This document shows, in pieces, positions 27,406 through 37,334 of a DNA stretch of 64,000 bases (the first letter of the stretch is position 1; each line of letters begins with the position of its first letter). The DNA is from Candidatus Multivorans sp. (GTDB lineage Bacteria; Acidobacteriota; Thermoanaerobaculia; Multivoradales; Multivoraceae), in contig OZ245033.1 in the NCBI GenBank assembly GCA_965224025.1, forward strand, positions 4,864,001 to 4,928,000. Direction: 5' to 3'. The translations under genes and the position numbers were made by a program. Below the pieces are notes generated by a model. It was not told where the DNA came from. It saw only the letters and a program-made list of their open reading frames with translations, and made no database searches.

Positions 27406-29253
27406 TCAGCGCAACGGCAAGGCGTAGCCCAGCGCGTGGACGGCACTGCGGAACTTCTTCTCGGACTTCACGGGCACGGACAGGCCGCGCGGGCCGGATC
27501 GCAGGCAGTACTTCGCCGCCTGAGGGTTGGCCGCGATCCGGTCGGCAATCCCGGCGTCCGCGCACTCGATCAAGAGTGCGTTCACGGGCGGCTTCAGGGC
27601 ATGCATGCCCCGTTCGATGAGTCGGAGGAACCCTTCGACTTTCTCCGGCAACGGCTGTTCGTCGCGCGCGGCCAGGAACTTCCTGAACTCCGCCGGCTCG
27701 TGACCGTGTTCAAGCGCCGTCAGCGCACGGTCCAGGTTCAGACGCCAGACTCCTTCCACTTCAACCAAGGCGTAAGTCTCCAGCAGGAGGCGCTCCGCCG
27801 GCAGCAAGGGGGCGGACGCCCGAACGCGAAGATCGGGCAGGACGGTCAGTGCGCTGGGCGTCGGGAGATTCGAAGGCTCGTACCGCCTGACTCTGCCAAG
27901 ACACCACGCGCCGAGCGGATTGACGCGGAAGAACTCGAGACCGTCGTAGCGGCTCAGGAAGTCCAGATCGTCGGCCCCCCACCGGGATACCCAGTCGAGT
28001 CGGGCGTTCTCCGGAGCAGTGAACGCGACATCCACGAGACCCAGGGTCGCCGCGTACTCGAACAAGAAGCAAAGAAGGTAGCGCGCCTCGAGCTCGTCGC
28101 CAGCGCCGGCCGTCTCGTAGCCGAAGTTGCCGTACTCCGGGTCCACGATGTAGAGACGCCACGGGTTCCTCGTCACTTCAAAGTCCCGGCCTTTCGCCTT
28201 CATGAAGCGGTGGAACTCGTCGACCTCCACCCATCTCCCCGTGGGGCACTCCGCAAGGACGTCCACGATTGCCTTCCTGCGTTCGCGCGGCGACGTCATC
28301 GCCTGTCGACCGCGGCCCCGGAACTGGCCCTTCACCTCGTCGATCCGATTGAACTCGTCCAGCAGGGTGTTCGCCAACCACCGCTTCCAGATCCGCCGCA
28401 ACGTAAGCGCGGGCCGCGCGCTGCAGGCCGACCGGCCGGCCGGCGTGAGGGCCAGCTTGCCGCGGGCCGGTTCGGCCAGTCCGCCGGCCTGGACCAGCCA
28501 AGGCCAGGCGTACGCCCTGATGGCGCCGATCAGCTGGCGCGACCGACGGCCCTTGCGCTTCGACTCCAGGAAGTAGTCGCCACCGTGCAGGACTTCCCCA
28601 AGGAGCTCGACCGTTCGCGACGAGGGCCGACGTGTCTTCGGGCCGACGGCGAGCTTCCCGTCGTCGATCAGACGCAGCGTTGCGAACAGGTCCTCGACGG
28701 CAGCCTCCTCCATGTAGCGACGAACCAGCGCCACGCTCTCGAACTTCTCTTCGCCTTCCGTGACAACCCAACGTTGCAGCCGGCGCTCGATGAACTCCGG
28801 GCACTCCTCGACGGTTTCGAGAACCGGTTCCGGCGGCCGAGGCACGAACTTGCGCAGGCGGTCCGCGAGATCCGAAGGGACGACAACCAACTCGAGCAGG
28901 TGGCGCTCAAGCGGGAAGAGAAAGAAGCGCAGGACCGAGAAGTCGTACGAGCTCGCTACTCGGTAGCCTTCCGGCATGCGGCCATGCTCCGCCCGGAACT
29001 GCCGCGCCTTGAAGCGGCAGGTCGGGCCGTGTACGGCTTCCGCCACGGCGAGCCGCTGGAGATCGTCCATCCGCGACCACAACTCCCTCAGCTTGGCGCC
29101 ATCGAGGCAGCGGAGAATAGCCTTCACGATGTCCACCTTGCGGGTCGGCTTGGGCGTCGGCACCGGGAGCTCCCGCATCATCGCCTGCAGCCAGTCGACG
29201 TTCATTCCGGTGAGGGCCTCCTTCAGGCTGGCCGGGCCGAGTCGGTAAGCCAT
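27406..29253 (-). CDS. Helicase-associated (Helicase_C_3/XPB-associated-like) domain protein
   Basis: AYAWPWLVQAGGL, LDEFNRID, FEYAATLGLVDV, C-terminal VLPDL..WRLNLDRALTALEHG..PLPEKV. Confidence 0.65.
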   Translation of the reverse strand: MAYRLGPASLKEALTGMNVDWLQAMMRELPVPTPKPTRKVDIVKAILRCLDGAKLRELWSRMDDLQRLAVAEAVHGPTCRFKARQFRAEHGRMPEGYRVASSYDFSVLRFFLFPLERHLLELVVVPSDLADRLRKFVPRPPEPVLETVEECPEFIERRLQRWVVTEGEEKFESVALVRRYMEEAAVEDLFATLRLIDDGKLAVGPKTRRPSSRTVELLGEVLHGGDYFLESKRKGRRSRQLIGAIRAYAWPWLVQAGGLAEPARGKLALTPAGRSACSARPALTLRRIWKRWLANTLLDEFNRIDEVKGQFRGRGRQAMTSPRERRKAIVDVLAECPTGRWVEVDEFHRFMKAKGRDFEVTRNPWRLYIVDPEYGNFGYETAGAGDELEARYLLCFLFEYAATLGLVDVAFTAPENARLDWVSRWGADDLDFLSRYDGLEFFRVNPLGAWCLGRVRRYEPSNLPTPSALTVLPDLRVRASAPLLPAERLLLETYALVEVEGVWRLNLDRALTALEHGHEPAEFRKFLAARDEQPLPEKVEGFLRLIERGMHALKPPVNALLIECADAGIADRIAANPQAAKYCLRSGPRGLSVPVKSEKKFRSAVHALGYALPLR

Positions 29254-29256
29254 CGT

Positions 29257-29934
29257 TCAGATCCTCCGCCTTCGCCCGCGGATCTCGAACTCGACGGAGC
29301 CGGTCTTCGGGTCGGCTTCGATGACCAGGGAGCGGCCCTGGAACCAGGGGCCGGGGTTGACGACGCGGGTAGGGCCGATCGTGTCGTCGCCGATCGCTTC
29401 GTGGATGTGGCCGGAGAAGACGAGGTCGGGCTGGTGTTGCTCGATGGCGGTGCGGAGGGAACGCGAGCCGACGTGGTTGCCGCGGGCGAGGTCGCAGGCG
29501 GTGCCGTGGGGCGGCTGGTGGGAAACCAGGATCGTCGGCCGACCCTTGACGGCGGAGGCGTTGTCGAAGGCCTCGGCGGCGACGCGTTCGTAGTCTTCCT
29601 CGGTGCGCTCGTACGGGAGGTCGCCGAAGGGGAGGCCGCCCGAGAGGCCGATGAAGCGGACGCCGTCGACCGTGCGGGCGCGGCGGTCCAGGTCGATGTC
29701 GAGATCCCGGAAGTAACCCTCGACACTCGGCTGGTCGCAGTTGCCGCAGACCGCGAGGACCGGGACGCCGGACGCCTGAAGCGGTTCGACGATCTGGCGG
29801 GCGTGGTCCGGACCCAGAAAGTTGGTCAGATCGCCGGCGAGCACGACGAGGTCGAAGCCGGACGGATCCGGCAGGCGGGGCGGCCGCTTGCCTGACCAGT
29901 GCAGATCAACCACGCCGAGAACTCGAAGGGTCAA
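29257..29934 (-). CDS. Metallophosphoesterase (calcineurin-like)
   Basis: DLH, AGDLT, GNCD, SHQPP, SGHIHE, VNPG. Confidence 0.9.
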   Translation of the reverse strand: MTLRVLGVVDLHWSGKRPPRLPDPSGFDLVVLAGDLTNFLGPDHARQIVEPLQASGVPVLAVCGNCDQPSVEGYFRDLDIDLDRRARTVDGVRFIGLSGGLPFGDLPYERTEEDYERVAAEAFDNASAVKGRPTILVSHQPPHGTACDLARGNHVGSRSLRTAIEQHQPDLVFSGHIHEAIGDDTIGPTRVVNPGPWFQGRSLVIEADPKTGSVEFEIRGRRRRI

Positions 29935-30042
29935 GGCCGAACCCCCCGCCGCTGCGGGCGTAGATCAACGACGCCCGGAATCCGAAGAGTCACGTCGAAT
30001 CTCCAGCCGCTTGGCCGCGGGGCGAGCTCTACAGCCCCGCCA

Positions 30043-30444
30043 TCAGTGAACCAGCGTGGGAGCCGCATGCGCCGACTCCTGCTGTTCGTCCTCCAGGCCG
30101 TGGGACATGACGAAAACCCACGCGGCCAGACGTTCCCGCTCCGTCTCGCAGATCAGCTCGAAGATGTACTCGCTTTCCTGGTCGCCCTGAAACGACTGCA
30201 CATAGGCGACCCGTTCGCGGTCGATCAGGATCTCGCCGACCAGGCGCTTGCCGTAGACGAGCTGCGCGATCAGGAGGTTGTCGTTCTCGGCCACGAACTG
30301 CCAGTGGAAGTCCTCGTCGTCGCAGAGCAGAGCGTCCGCCGATCCGGCGCGGATGACGCAGTTCGGGTGCAGGACGAGCCAGTTCCAGAACGCGTCCAGA
30401 TCGAGCGTGGCCCGGGAACGCTCGGCCTCGGTGGGGGCTGTCAT
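30043..30444 (-). CDS. Hypothetical protein
   Basis: Globular-looking 133-aa ORF (FWNWLVLHPNCVIRAG...FVMSHG), divergent from the MBL gene. Confidence 0.7.
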   Translation of the reverse strand: MTAPTEAERSRATLDLDAFWNWLVLHPNCVIRAGSADALLCDDEDFHWQFVAENDNLLIAQLVYGKRLVGEILIDRERVAYVQSFQGDQESEYIFELICETERERLAAWVFVMSHGLEDEQQESAHAAPTLVH

Positions 30445-30486
30445 CGCGCAATCGTATCCAAGGGGAGCCCACGCTAGAGTTCGCCC

Positions 30487-31482
30487 ATGACAAACGGATC
30501 TCCCTGGACTGGACTCGGCACACCGCGCTTCGCGTTTGAACGCGGCCTCCACGACCTCGGCCACGGCTCCTTCGCCTGGCTGCAGCCCGACGGCGGTTGG
30601 GGCTGGAGCAACGCGGGACTGATCGTGAGCGGCGACGAGTCGCTGCTCGTCGACACGCTGTTCGATCTGCCCAACACCCAGGAGATGCTCGACGCGATGA
30701 AGAAGGCGCACGCCGCCGCGGCCGACATCGACCGGCTCGTCAACACCCATTCCAACGGCGACCACACTCACGGCAACGAGCTCGTCGCCGGCGCCGAGAT
30801 CGTCGCCTCGAAGGCCGCCGCCGCCGAAATGGAGGCGACGACGCCGGAGGCGCTCGCGGCGCTGATGCGCGGCGCCCGCGCGAACGGCGGCCTCGCCTCT
30901 GACTTCCTGGTCGAGTGTTTCGGCAGTTTCGAGTTCGAGGGAATCACCCACACTCCGCCGAACCGCACGTTCGAGGGCGAGCTGAGCCTCCAGGTCGGCG
31001 AGACGGCAGTGGAATTGGTCGAGGTCGGCCCCGCCCACACGGGCGGCGACATCATGATCCACATGCCGGCAGATCGCACGGCGTTCACCGGTGACATCCT
31101 GTTCATCGAGGGCGCGCCGATCATCTGGGCGGGACCGGTGCAGAACTGGATCGACGCCTGCGACCTGCTGCTGACCTGGGACCTCGAGACGATCGTGCCC
31201 GGCCATGGTCCGATCACGGACCAACGAGGCGTCGAGGCGATGCGCGCCTACCTCGTCTACATACGCGACGAGGCGAAGAGACGTTTCGACGCGGGCCTCA
31301 GCGCCCGGGACGCCGCATTCGACATCGCCCTCGGCGACTTCGAGTCGTGGGGCGACAGCGAGCGGATCGCGATCAACGTCGATTCGCTGTACCGCGAGTT
31401 CAGCGGCGGCACCACGGACCGCACCCACATGCAGGAGCTGTTCACCCGCATGGCCGAACTGGCCCGCGACAGACGACGTTAA
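30487..31482 (+). CDS. MBL-fold metallo-hydrolase (cyclase-like)
   Basis: WGWSNAGL, NTHSNGDHTHGN, PAHTGGD, FTGD, VPGHG. Confidence 0.9.
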   Translation: MTNGSPWTGLGTPRFAFERGLHDLGHGSFAWLQPDGGWGWSNAGLIVSGDESLLVDTLFDLPNTQEMLDAMKKAHAAAADIDRLVNTHSNGDHTHGNELVAGAEIVASKAAAAEMEATTPEALAALMRGARANGGLASDFLVECFGSFEFEGITHTPPNRTFEGELSLQVGETAVELVEVGPAHTGGDIMIHMPADRTAFTGDILFIEGAPIIWAGPVQNWIDACDLLLTWDLETIVPGHGPITDQRGVEAMRAYLVYIRDEAKRRFDAGLSARDAAFDIALGDFESWGDSERIAINVDSLYREFSGGTTDRTHMQELFTRMAELARDRRR

Positions 31483-31492
31483 GGAGACTGGA

Positions 31493-32233
31493 ATGGATCT
31501 GGGAATCCAGGGCAAGAAGGCCGCCGTGGCCGCGGCATCGACGGGACTCGGGTTCGGCTGTGCGAAGGCACTGATCGAGGACGGCGTCCAGGTGGCGGTC
31601 TGCAGCCGCAGCCAGGAGCGGATCAGCGAAGCCGCCGCGGAGCTGGGCCCCAGCGCCGTGCCCATCGTCGCGGACATGTCCACGGAGGAGGGCGCGCGTT
31701 CCTTCGTCGAACAGGCGATCGTAAAGCTCGGCCAGGTCGACGTCCTGGTCGCCAACGCCGGCGGTCCGCCGCCCGGTTCGCCGGCGACCACCTCGATCGA
31801 CGGCTACCGCGAGGCCCTCGACCTCAACCTGCTGTCGACCATCGTCATGTGCCAGACGGCTCTCCCCGGCATGCGCGAGCGCGGCTGGGGGCGGATCGTT
31901 GCGATCACCTCGATCGGCGCCCGGCAGCCGATCGGCAACCTGGCCGCCTCATCGGTCGCCCGCGCCGGAGTCAGCAGCTTTCTCAAGACGCTCTCCGCGG
32001 AGGTCGCCCGCGACGGCGTCACGGTCAACTCGGCCCAGCCCGGCATCCATGCCACCGACCGGATCAAGTCACTCGGCAACACGGACGTCGTGGCCCAGCG
32101 CGTGCCGACCGGCACGCTCGGCACCGCCGAGGACTTCGGCAAGGCGGTCGCGTTCCTGTGCTCCGAGCCGGCGAAGTTCATTACCGGCACGAGCATCCTG
32201 CTCGACGGCGGCGCCTACCAGGGCCTGATCTGA
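31493..32233 (+). CDS. SDR family oxidoreductase
   Basis: AASTGLG, VANAGGPPPG, GWGRIV, GVTVNSAQPG, ITGTSILLDGG. Confidence 0.9.
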   Translation: MDLGIQGKKAAVAAASTGLGFGCAKALIEDGVQVAVCSRSQERISEAAAELGPSAVPIVADMSTEEGARSFVEQAIVKLGQVDVLVANAGGPPPGSPATTSIDGYREALDLNLLSTIVMCQTALPGMRERGWGRIVAITSIGARQPIGNLAASSVARAGVSSFLKTLSAEVARDGVTVNSAQPGIHATDRIKSLGNTDVVAQRVPTGTLGTAEDFGKAVAFLCSEPAKFITGTSILLDGGAYQGLI

Positions 32234-32322
32234 GTCGCTTTCGGGCCACTCGAAAATTCGAACCGCGTTCGTGATACTCTAGGGAGCAAGAGACTCGACA
32301 ACAACAGCTCGGAGGATCGACC

Positions 32323-35010
32323 ATGAGTCGACACACGAACCGCTCTCTCCCCTGGCTTCTCGCTGTACTCCTCTGCTGCGCCCCGCCGATGCTGGCCGAC
32401 GGTCCGCAGACCGGCACGATCGACGGTCGGGTCACGGACGCCGACGGGAGCGCGGTTCCCGGCGTTTCCGTCACCCTCACCGGGCCGCAGCGGACCAGGA
32501 ACGCGATCACCGACGCCGACGGCGGCTACCGATTCGCCCTCCTCCAGGCCGGCGACTTCACGATCACGGCCGAACTCGAAGGGCTCGGCAGAGCCGAGTT
32601 CGCCACGACACTGAATCCGGGCCAGCGGCGTGGAGTCAACCTCACCCTGATCCCGGCCGAGGCGGAGGAGATCACGGTCACCGCCGACGCGGTCCTGATC
32701 AGCAAGTACGACACCGGTGTCGTCAGCAGCGCTCGCGCCGAGGTGGTGGAGAACGTCGCCTACGGCACCCGCAACTACTCCTCGACGCTGCGTCAACTGC
32801 CGGGCGTGGTCAGTATCAATGAGGGCGACCACCTGCCGGCGGTGAACGGCGGACTCTCGACCGAGACCCAGGTCCTGATCGACGGCGTGGACACCAGCAA
32901 CACGCGCCGCGGCGGCGAGGCGCGGCTCATCATGCCGGCCACGGCCCTCGCCGAGTCCAGGCTCGAAACCCAGGGCTTCGGCGCCGAGTACGGCCGGGTC
33001 ATGGGCGGCGTCATCAACTCGACGGTCAAGACCGGCACCAACGAACTTCACGGCAACTTGCTGTACGTCGGCCAGAACCCGAAGTGGAGGACCTTGAACC
33101 AACTGGAACTTGAGCGGCCGGACGACCACACGCCGAGCTTCGAGGCGTCGCTCGGCGGTCCGATCCGGCGCGAGAAGGCCTGGTTCTTCGTCGCCTGGTC
33201 CGACATGACGAACAACCTGCTCGACCGGCTGCGGGACGGCACGGTCATCGACAGCAGCCGCACGTCCGAGCCCCGCATCGCCAAGCTGAACTTCCAGCCC
33301 AGCGACCGGCATCAGGTCGCGGGCACATGGATCGATTCCCGCGGCAACGGCATCGCAAGTCCGGGCAACTCGGGCGACTTCCTGTCCCTGATGGACCGGC
33401 CGCTGTTCGCTCAGCTCGCGACGGTCACCTGGAGCTTCGCCGCCAGCAACTCGGTCTTCCTCGAGGTGAAGGCATCGAAGCGCAAGGACCTGTTCCCGCG
33501 GAATCTTCTCTTCCCCAAGGAGAGCCTCGATTCCAACGCCTCGCCCGACGACCCCCCGGGGAACAACTATCGCTACCGTGACCTGCTGACCAACCTGCGC
33601 CACAACGGGCCGGCCTCGGGTTCCGGCATCGGCTACAACGACTTCCCGCGGGACACGGCAAGCGCTTCGGCGAGCATCTTCCGCCGCAACCACGAGGTCA
33701 AGTTCGGTATCGACATCCAGGACATCGCGTTCACGAACCTGGGCAACGTCGGCAAGGAGTTCCGCGGGCGCGGCTACGACCCGAGCCTCCCAGGCGGCTA
33801 CGAGCGGCCGCAACGGGTGCGCATCTTCGACGACTCCGTGCCCTCCCAGAGCGAGGGAGTCGAGAGTGCGTTCTACGTCCAGGACCGGATCGACATCGGC
33901 AACCAGTGGAGCCTCCACCTCGGCCTCCGCCTCGACGATCAGACGATCAAGAACGATGTCGGGCGCACAGTCGACGACACGCAGGAGTGGGCACCGCGCG
34001 TGACCGCGGTCTACGACATCAAGGCCGACGGCACGCTCCTGTTCCGGGCGAGCGCCGGTCGCTACTACCAGAACATCCCGCTCGACTTCGCCTACCGCGA
34101 GTACAGCGAACTGCCGACCGGCCAGCAGTCCTACACCGAGTACAACTGGAACTCCAGCACACTGCGCTACGACCGGTTCCGGAGGCAGGTCAGGCCGGCG
34201 GGCGGCGGCGAGATCCAGCGCGTCGACCACTTCTACAAGGACCAGGTCGCGGTGGGCCTCGACTGGCAGTTCAGCCGGAACTGGGTGTTCCGCGCCAGCG
34301 CCGTCTCGCACGAGACGGACAACATCTACTTCGGCAACGAACAGTTCACCGCCGACGGCACGGGCGTTGAACGGGTGGTTCGCAACTGGCCGGGCGCGTT
34401 CCGCGAGTACCAGGGCGTTACCTTTGAGTTGAACCGTCGTTTCCGCAACAACTGGTCGCTCAACACCAACCTGACGAGCGGCGACGCAGAGGGCAACACG
34501 GAGAGCGTGAACACGAACTCGAACCTGTTCGAGGGGTTGGGCGGCATCGAGCTCGACACCGGCGCTACCGACGCGACGAGCCGCTACCAGGCAGGGCGCA
34601 TGGGCCACGACATCGACCGGCTGAACATCGTCGGGGTCCGGATCTTCGAGCTGGGCGAACACCGGCTGTCCCTGGGCGGCTTCTTCTCCGGCAGCAGCGG
34701 CCGCTACTTCGGCCCGACCCTGGCCACCACGGTCGCTCATCCGACCACCGGCGTCGAGATCGACACGGTGACCCGCCTGGCGCCGCGAGACAACCTGCAG
34801 CTCGACGACATCTACACGCTCAGCGCCTCGCTGGTCTGGTTCTTCCCGATCCGAGGTACGTTCGAGGGCCAGCTCGGCTTCGAGGCGGCCAACATGACCG
34901 ACGAGCAGGGCGTGCTCTTCGTCAACCCGCGCACGCTGGAACCGATCTCGACGGTGACCGCCTGGCAACTGCCGCGCGAGTTCCGGTTGAAGGCGGGTTT
35001 CCGCTTCTGA
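32323..35010 (+). CDS. TonB-dependent receptor (Oar-like, N-terminal carboxypeptidase-regulatory domain)
   Basis: Signal peptide, GTIDGRVTD..PGVSVT, IDGVD, AEYGRVMGGVIN..KTGTNELHG, AFYVQD, GLRLD, C-terminal PREFRLKAGFRF. Confidence 0.9.
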   Translation: MSRHTNRSLPWLLAVLLCCAPPMLADGPQTGTIDGRVTDADGSAVPGVSVTLTGPQRTRNAITDADGGYRFALLQAGDFTITAELEGLGRAEFATTLNPGQRRGVNLTLIPAEAEEITVTADAVLISKYDTGVVSSARAEVVENVAYGTRNYSSTLRQLPGVVSINEGDHLPAVNGGLSTETQVLIDGVDTSNTRRGGEARLIMPATALAESRLETQGFGAEYGRVMGGVINSTVKTGTNELHGNLLYVGQNPKWRTLNQLELERPDDHTPSFEASLGGPIRREKAWFFVAWSDMTNNLLDRLRDGTVIDSSRTSEPRIAKLNFQPSDRHQVAGTWIDSRGNGIASPGNSGDFLSLMDRPLFAQLATVTWSFAASNSVFLEVKASKRKDLFPRNLLFPKESLDSNASPDDPPGNNYRYRDLLTNLRHNGPASGSGIGYNDFPRDTASASASIFRRNHEVKFGIDIQDIAFTNLGNVGKEFRGRGYDPSLPGGYERPQRVRIFDDSVPSQSEGVESAFYVQDRIDIGNQWSLHLGLRLDDQTIKNDVGRTVDDTQEWAPRVTAVYDIKADGTLLFRASAGRYYQNIPLDFAYREYSELPTGQQSYTEYNWNSSTLRYDRFRRQVRPAGGGEIQRVDHFYKDQVAVGLDWQFSRNWVFRASAVSHETDNIYFGNEQFTADGTGVERVVRNWPGAFREYQGVTFELNRRFRNNWSLNTNLTSGDAEGNTESVNTNSNLFEGLGGIELDTGATDATSRYQAGRMGHDIDRLNIVGVRIFELGEHRLSLGGFFSGSSGRYFGPTLATTVAHPTTGVEIDTVTRLAPRDNLQLDDIYTLSASLVWFFPIRGTFEGQLGFEAANMTDEQGVLFVNPRTLEPISTVTAWQLPREFRLKAGFRF

Positions 35011-35081
35011 TCGAAAGCCCGGTCAGGGCGAGCGGGCCGCTGCCTAGATCGGGGCACGCCGACAGGGCAAAGGAGAAACGT

Positions 35082-36581
35082 ATGAGAACGTCCGTCGCCG
35101 CGGTCCTGCTGCTCGCCTCCCTCTCCTGCGCTCCCTCCGCCGATCCGCCCGTCCGGCACAACGTCCTGTTCATCGTCGCCGACGACCTGAACATCGCGCT
35201 CGGCAACTACGACGCCTACCCGACCGCGCGGACGCCGAACCTCGACCGTCTGGCGGCCGAGGGCGTCCGCTTCGACCGGGCCTACGCGCAGCATCCGGTA
35301 TGCAATCCCTCCCGGGCGTCCTTCTTGAGCGGGCTGCGGCCGGAAACGACGCAGGTCATCCACAACTTCCTGGAGCCGCGCCACGCCGTCGGCGATGTCG
35401 TCATGCTGCCCGAGTACTTCCGGCGGCACGGATTCTTCACGGCCCGGGTGGGCAAGGTCGCCCACGGCCGCTACGAGGACTCCGTCACCTGGGACATCTC
35501 GGAGAACGCCCGCCGGAGGGGCCCCGAGAACTACCTTCCCGGCGTCGACCACTCCGAGGTCCGCGACAACTCCTGGACCGAAGGCTCCGAGGGCGGCATG
35601 TCACGGGCGGACGTCTTCGCGCCCCATGGCCGAACCGGCGGACTGCCACTTACCTGGCGCGCAACGGACGAGCGCGAAGAGGACACACCCGACGGCCGCA
35701 CGACGCACCGAGTCATCGAGATCCTGCGGGAACACGAGGGTGACAAGCCGTTCTTCATCGCCGCGGGCTTCCACAAGCCGCACCAGCCCTGGGTAGCGCC
35801 CGCCAGCTTCTTCGAACAGCATCCGCTTTCCGAGACCGCGCTGCCAAGCGAGCCCGACGATGACCGCGACGACATTCCGGTTCCCGCCCTCGTCGGTTAC
35901 CCGGACGACGCCCTCCACACCGACGACCAGAAGCGGCAGGCGATCGCGGCCTACCACGCCACAGTCACGCTGATTGACCACCAGGTCGGCCTGCTGCTCG
36001 ACGCGCTCAGCGACCTCGGTCTGGAGGAGTCCACAATCGTCGTCTTCGTCAGCGATCACGGCTTCCACCTCGGTGAGCACGGCGGCATGTGGCGCAAGCA
36101 GTCGCAGTTCGAGGAGTCGACCCGCGTACCCCTGATCGTGCGCGCGCCTGGCGTCGCAGGCGGCAGATCGACGACGGGTCTGGTCGAACTCGTCGACCTC
36201 TATCCGACGCTCGCCGACCTCTCCGATCTACCGGTACCGGCGGATCTCGAGGGCACGAGTTTCCGGCCACTGCTCGAGAACCCCGACAGGGGCTGGAAGA
36301 GCGCGATCTTCTCGCGCTCGGATCGCTTCACGCGGCCCGATCGGCAGCATCTCACCGCCGGGCTCAGCGTTCGAACCGCCCGGTATCGCTACACGGAATG
36401 GACCCCCATCGGAGGAGGCGGCGAGGTTGAGATCGAACTCTACGACCTGGAGACGGATCCCAGGGAGTTCGACAACCTGGGAGAGGATCCCCACCACGCC
36501 GCTCTGCGGGACCGGCTCGCCCGCGAACTTGAAGCCGGTTGGGGAGCCGCCCTGCCGTCCGGAAGCCAGGCGCCGTCGTAG
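35082..36581 (+). CDS. Sulfatase (Cys-type, iduronate-2-sulfatase-like), probable lipoprotein
   Basis: NVLFIVADDL, CNPSRAS, GFHKPHQP, SDHGFHLGEH, ELYDLETDP; LASLSC lipobox-like. Confidence 0.93.
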   Translation: MRTSVAAVLLLASLSCAPSADPPVRHNVLFIVADDLNIALGNYDAYPTARTPNLDRLAAEGVRFDRAYAQHPVCNPSRASFLSGLRPETTQVIHNFLEPRHAVGDVVMLPEYFRRHGFFTARVGKVAHGRYEDSVTWDISENARRRGPENYLPGVDHSEVRDNSWTEGSEGGMSRADVFAPHGRTGGLPLTWRATDEREEDTPDGRTTHRVIEILREHEGDKPFFIAAGFHKPHQPWVAPASFFEQHPLSETALPSEPDDDRDDIPVPALVGYPDDALHTDDQKRQAIAAYHATVTLIDHQVGLLLDALSDLGLEESTIVVFVSDHGFHLGEHGGMWRKQSQFEESTRVPLIVRAPGVAGGRSTTGLVELVDLYPTLADLSDLPVPADLEGTSFRPLLENPDRGWKSAIFSRSDRFTRPDRQHLTAGLSVRTARYRYTEWTPIGGGGEVEIELYDLETDPREFDNLGEDPHHAALRDRLARELEAGWGAALPSGSQAPS

Positions 36582-36608
36582 CCACGGCCGGACCCGGTTT
36601 CAGGTCGA

Positions 36609-37280
36609 TCAGACAGCCGCGCTCGTCAGGGCCGCATCGATAGCGGCCAGCCGACTCTGGCTCTCGAGCATCTCCTGCTCGAGTCCACGCCGCGACCCGT
36701 CCGTCGAGGCCGCCAGCAGGCAGAGGCTCACGAGATACCGGACCCGAGCCAACGTCTCCTCGGCACCGGTCACGCGCCGGGCCCACAGCGACAACCACAC
36801 GCCGACGTGACCGAGAACGACCATCGCAAACTGTTCAGGATCGACTGAGAGCAGCAGGTCGCCTCCAGCCGCCGCGCGGCGGAATTCCTTCTCCAGGTGC
36901 GCCTTCGCGACCTCTCCGATCGGTCCGGTAGCCGGACGGCGCCAGGGCACTGGCAGATTGATGGGCCGCGCCAACTCGGCAGGCGACTCCGAGACCCCCA
37001 GCGTCAGGTCGACGATCGCACGAATACGATCGAAGGGGTCCGTTTCCCCAAGTTGCGCTATCCGGCGTTCGAGTCTGCGAGCCCCGGATCTCCGCAGGGC
37101 CTCGAGGATCTCCTCCTTCGACCCGTAATAGTTGTACAGCGTCGTGACGTCGAGACGGGCCTTGCGGGCCAGCGCCCGCATCGTGCACGCTTCGATACCG
37201 CCATTCGAGATCAGCTTGGTCGCCGCCTCCAGAATCCGTCGCTTGCGACGGCGCGTGTTGAGTTCTCTTCGACCAGGCAA
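36609..37280 (-). CDS. TetR/AcrR family regulator
   Basis: ILEAA..LI..GIEACTMRALARKA..TLYNYYGSKEEI helix-turn-helix. Confidence 0.88.
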   Translation of the reverse strand: MPGRRELNTRRRKRRILEAATKLISNGGIEACTMRALARKARLDVTTLYNYYGSKEEILEALRRSGARRLERRIAQLGETDPFDRIRAIVDLTLGVSESPAELARPINLPVPWRRPATGPIGEVAKAHLEKEFRRAAAGGDLLLSVDPEQFAMVVLGHVGVWLSLWARRVTGAEETLARVRYLVSLCLLAASTDGSRRGLEQEMLESQSRLAAIDAALTSAAV

Positions 37281-37334
37281 GTGTTCTCCTCGGTGAAGGT
37301 CCTGCGGCGAGGCGTCAGCGTGAGAGGAGCAGAG

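Noticed and set aside
27346-29895. 849-aa plus-strand ORF, and similar long ORFs at 32215-34968, 47898-49286 and 51711-53330
   Set aside because: These are GC-rich antisense shadows of well-supported genes on the opposite strand.
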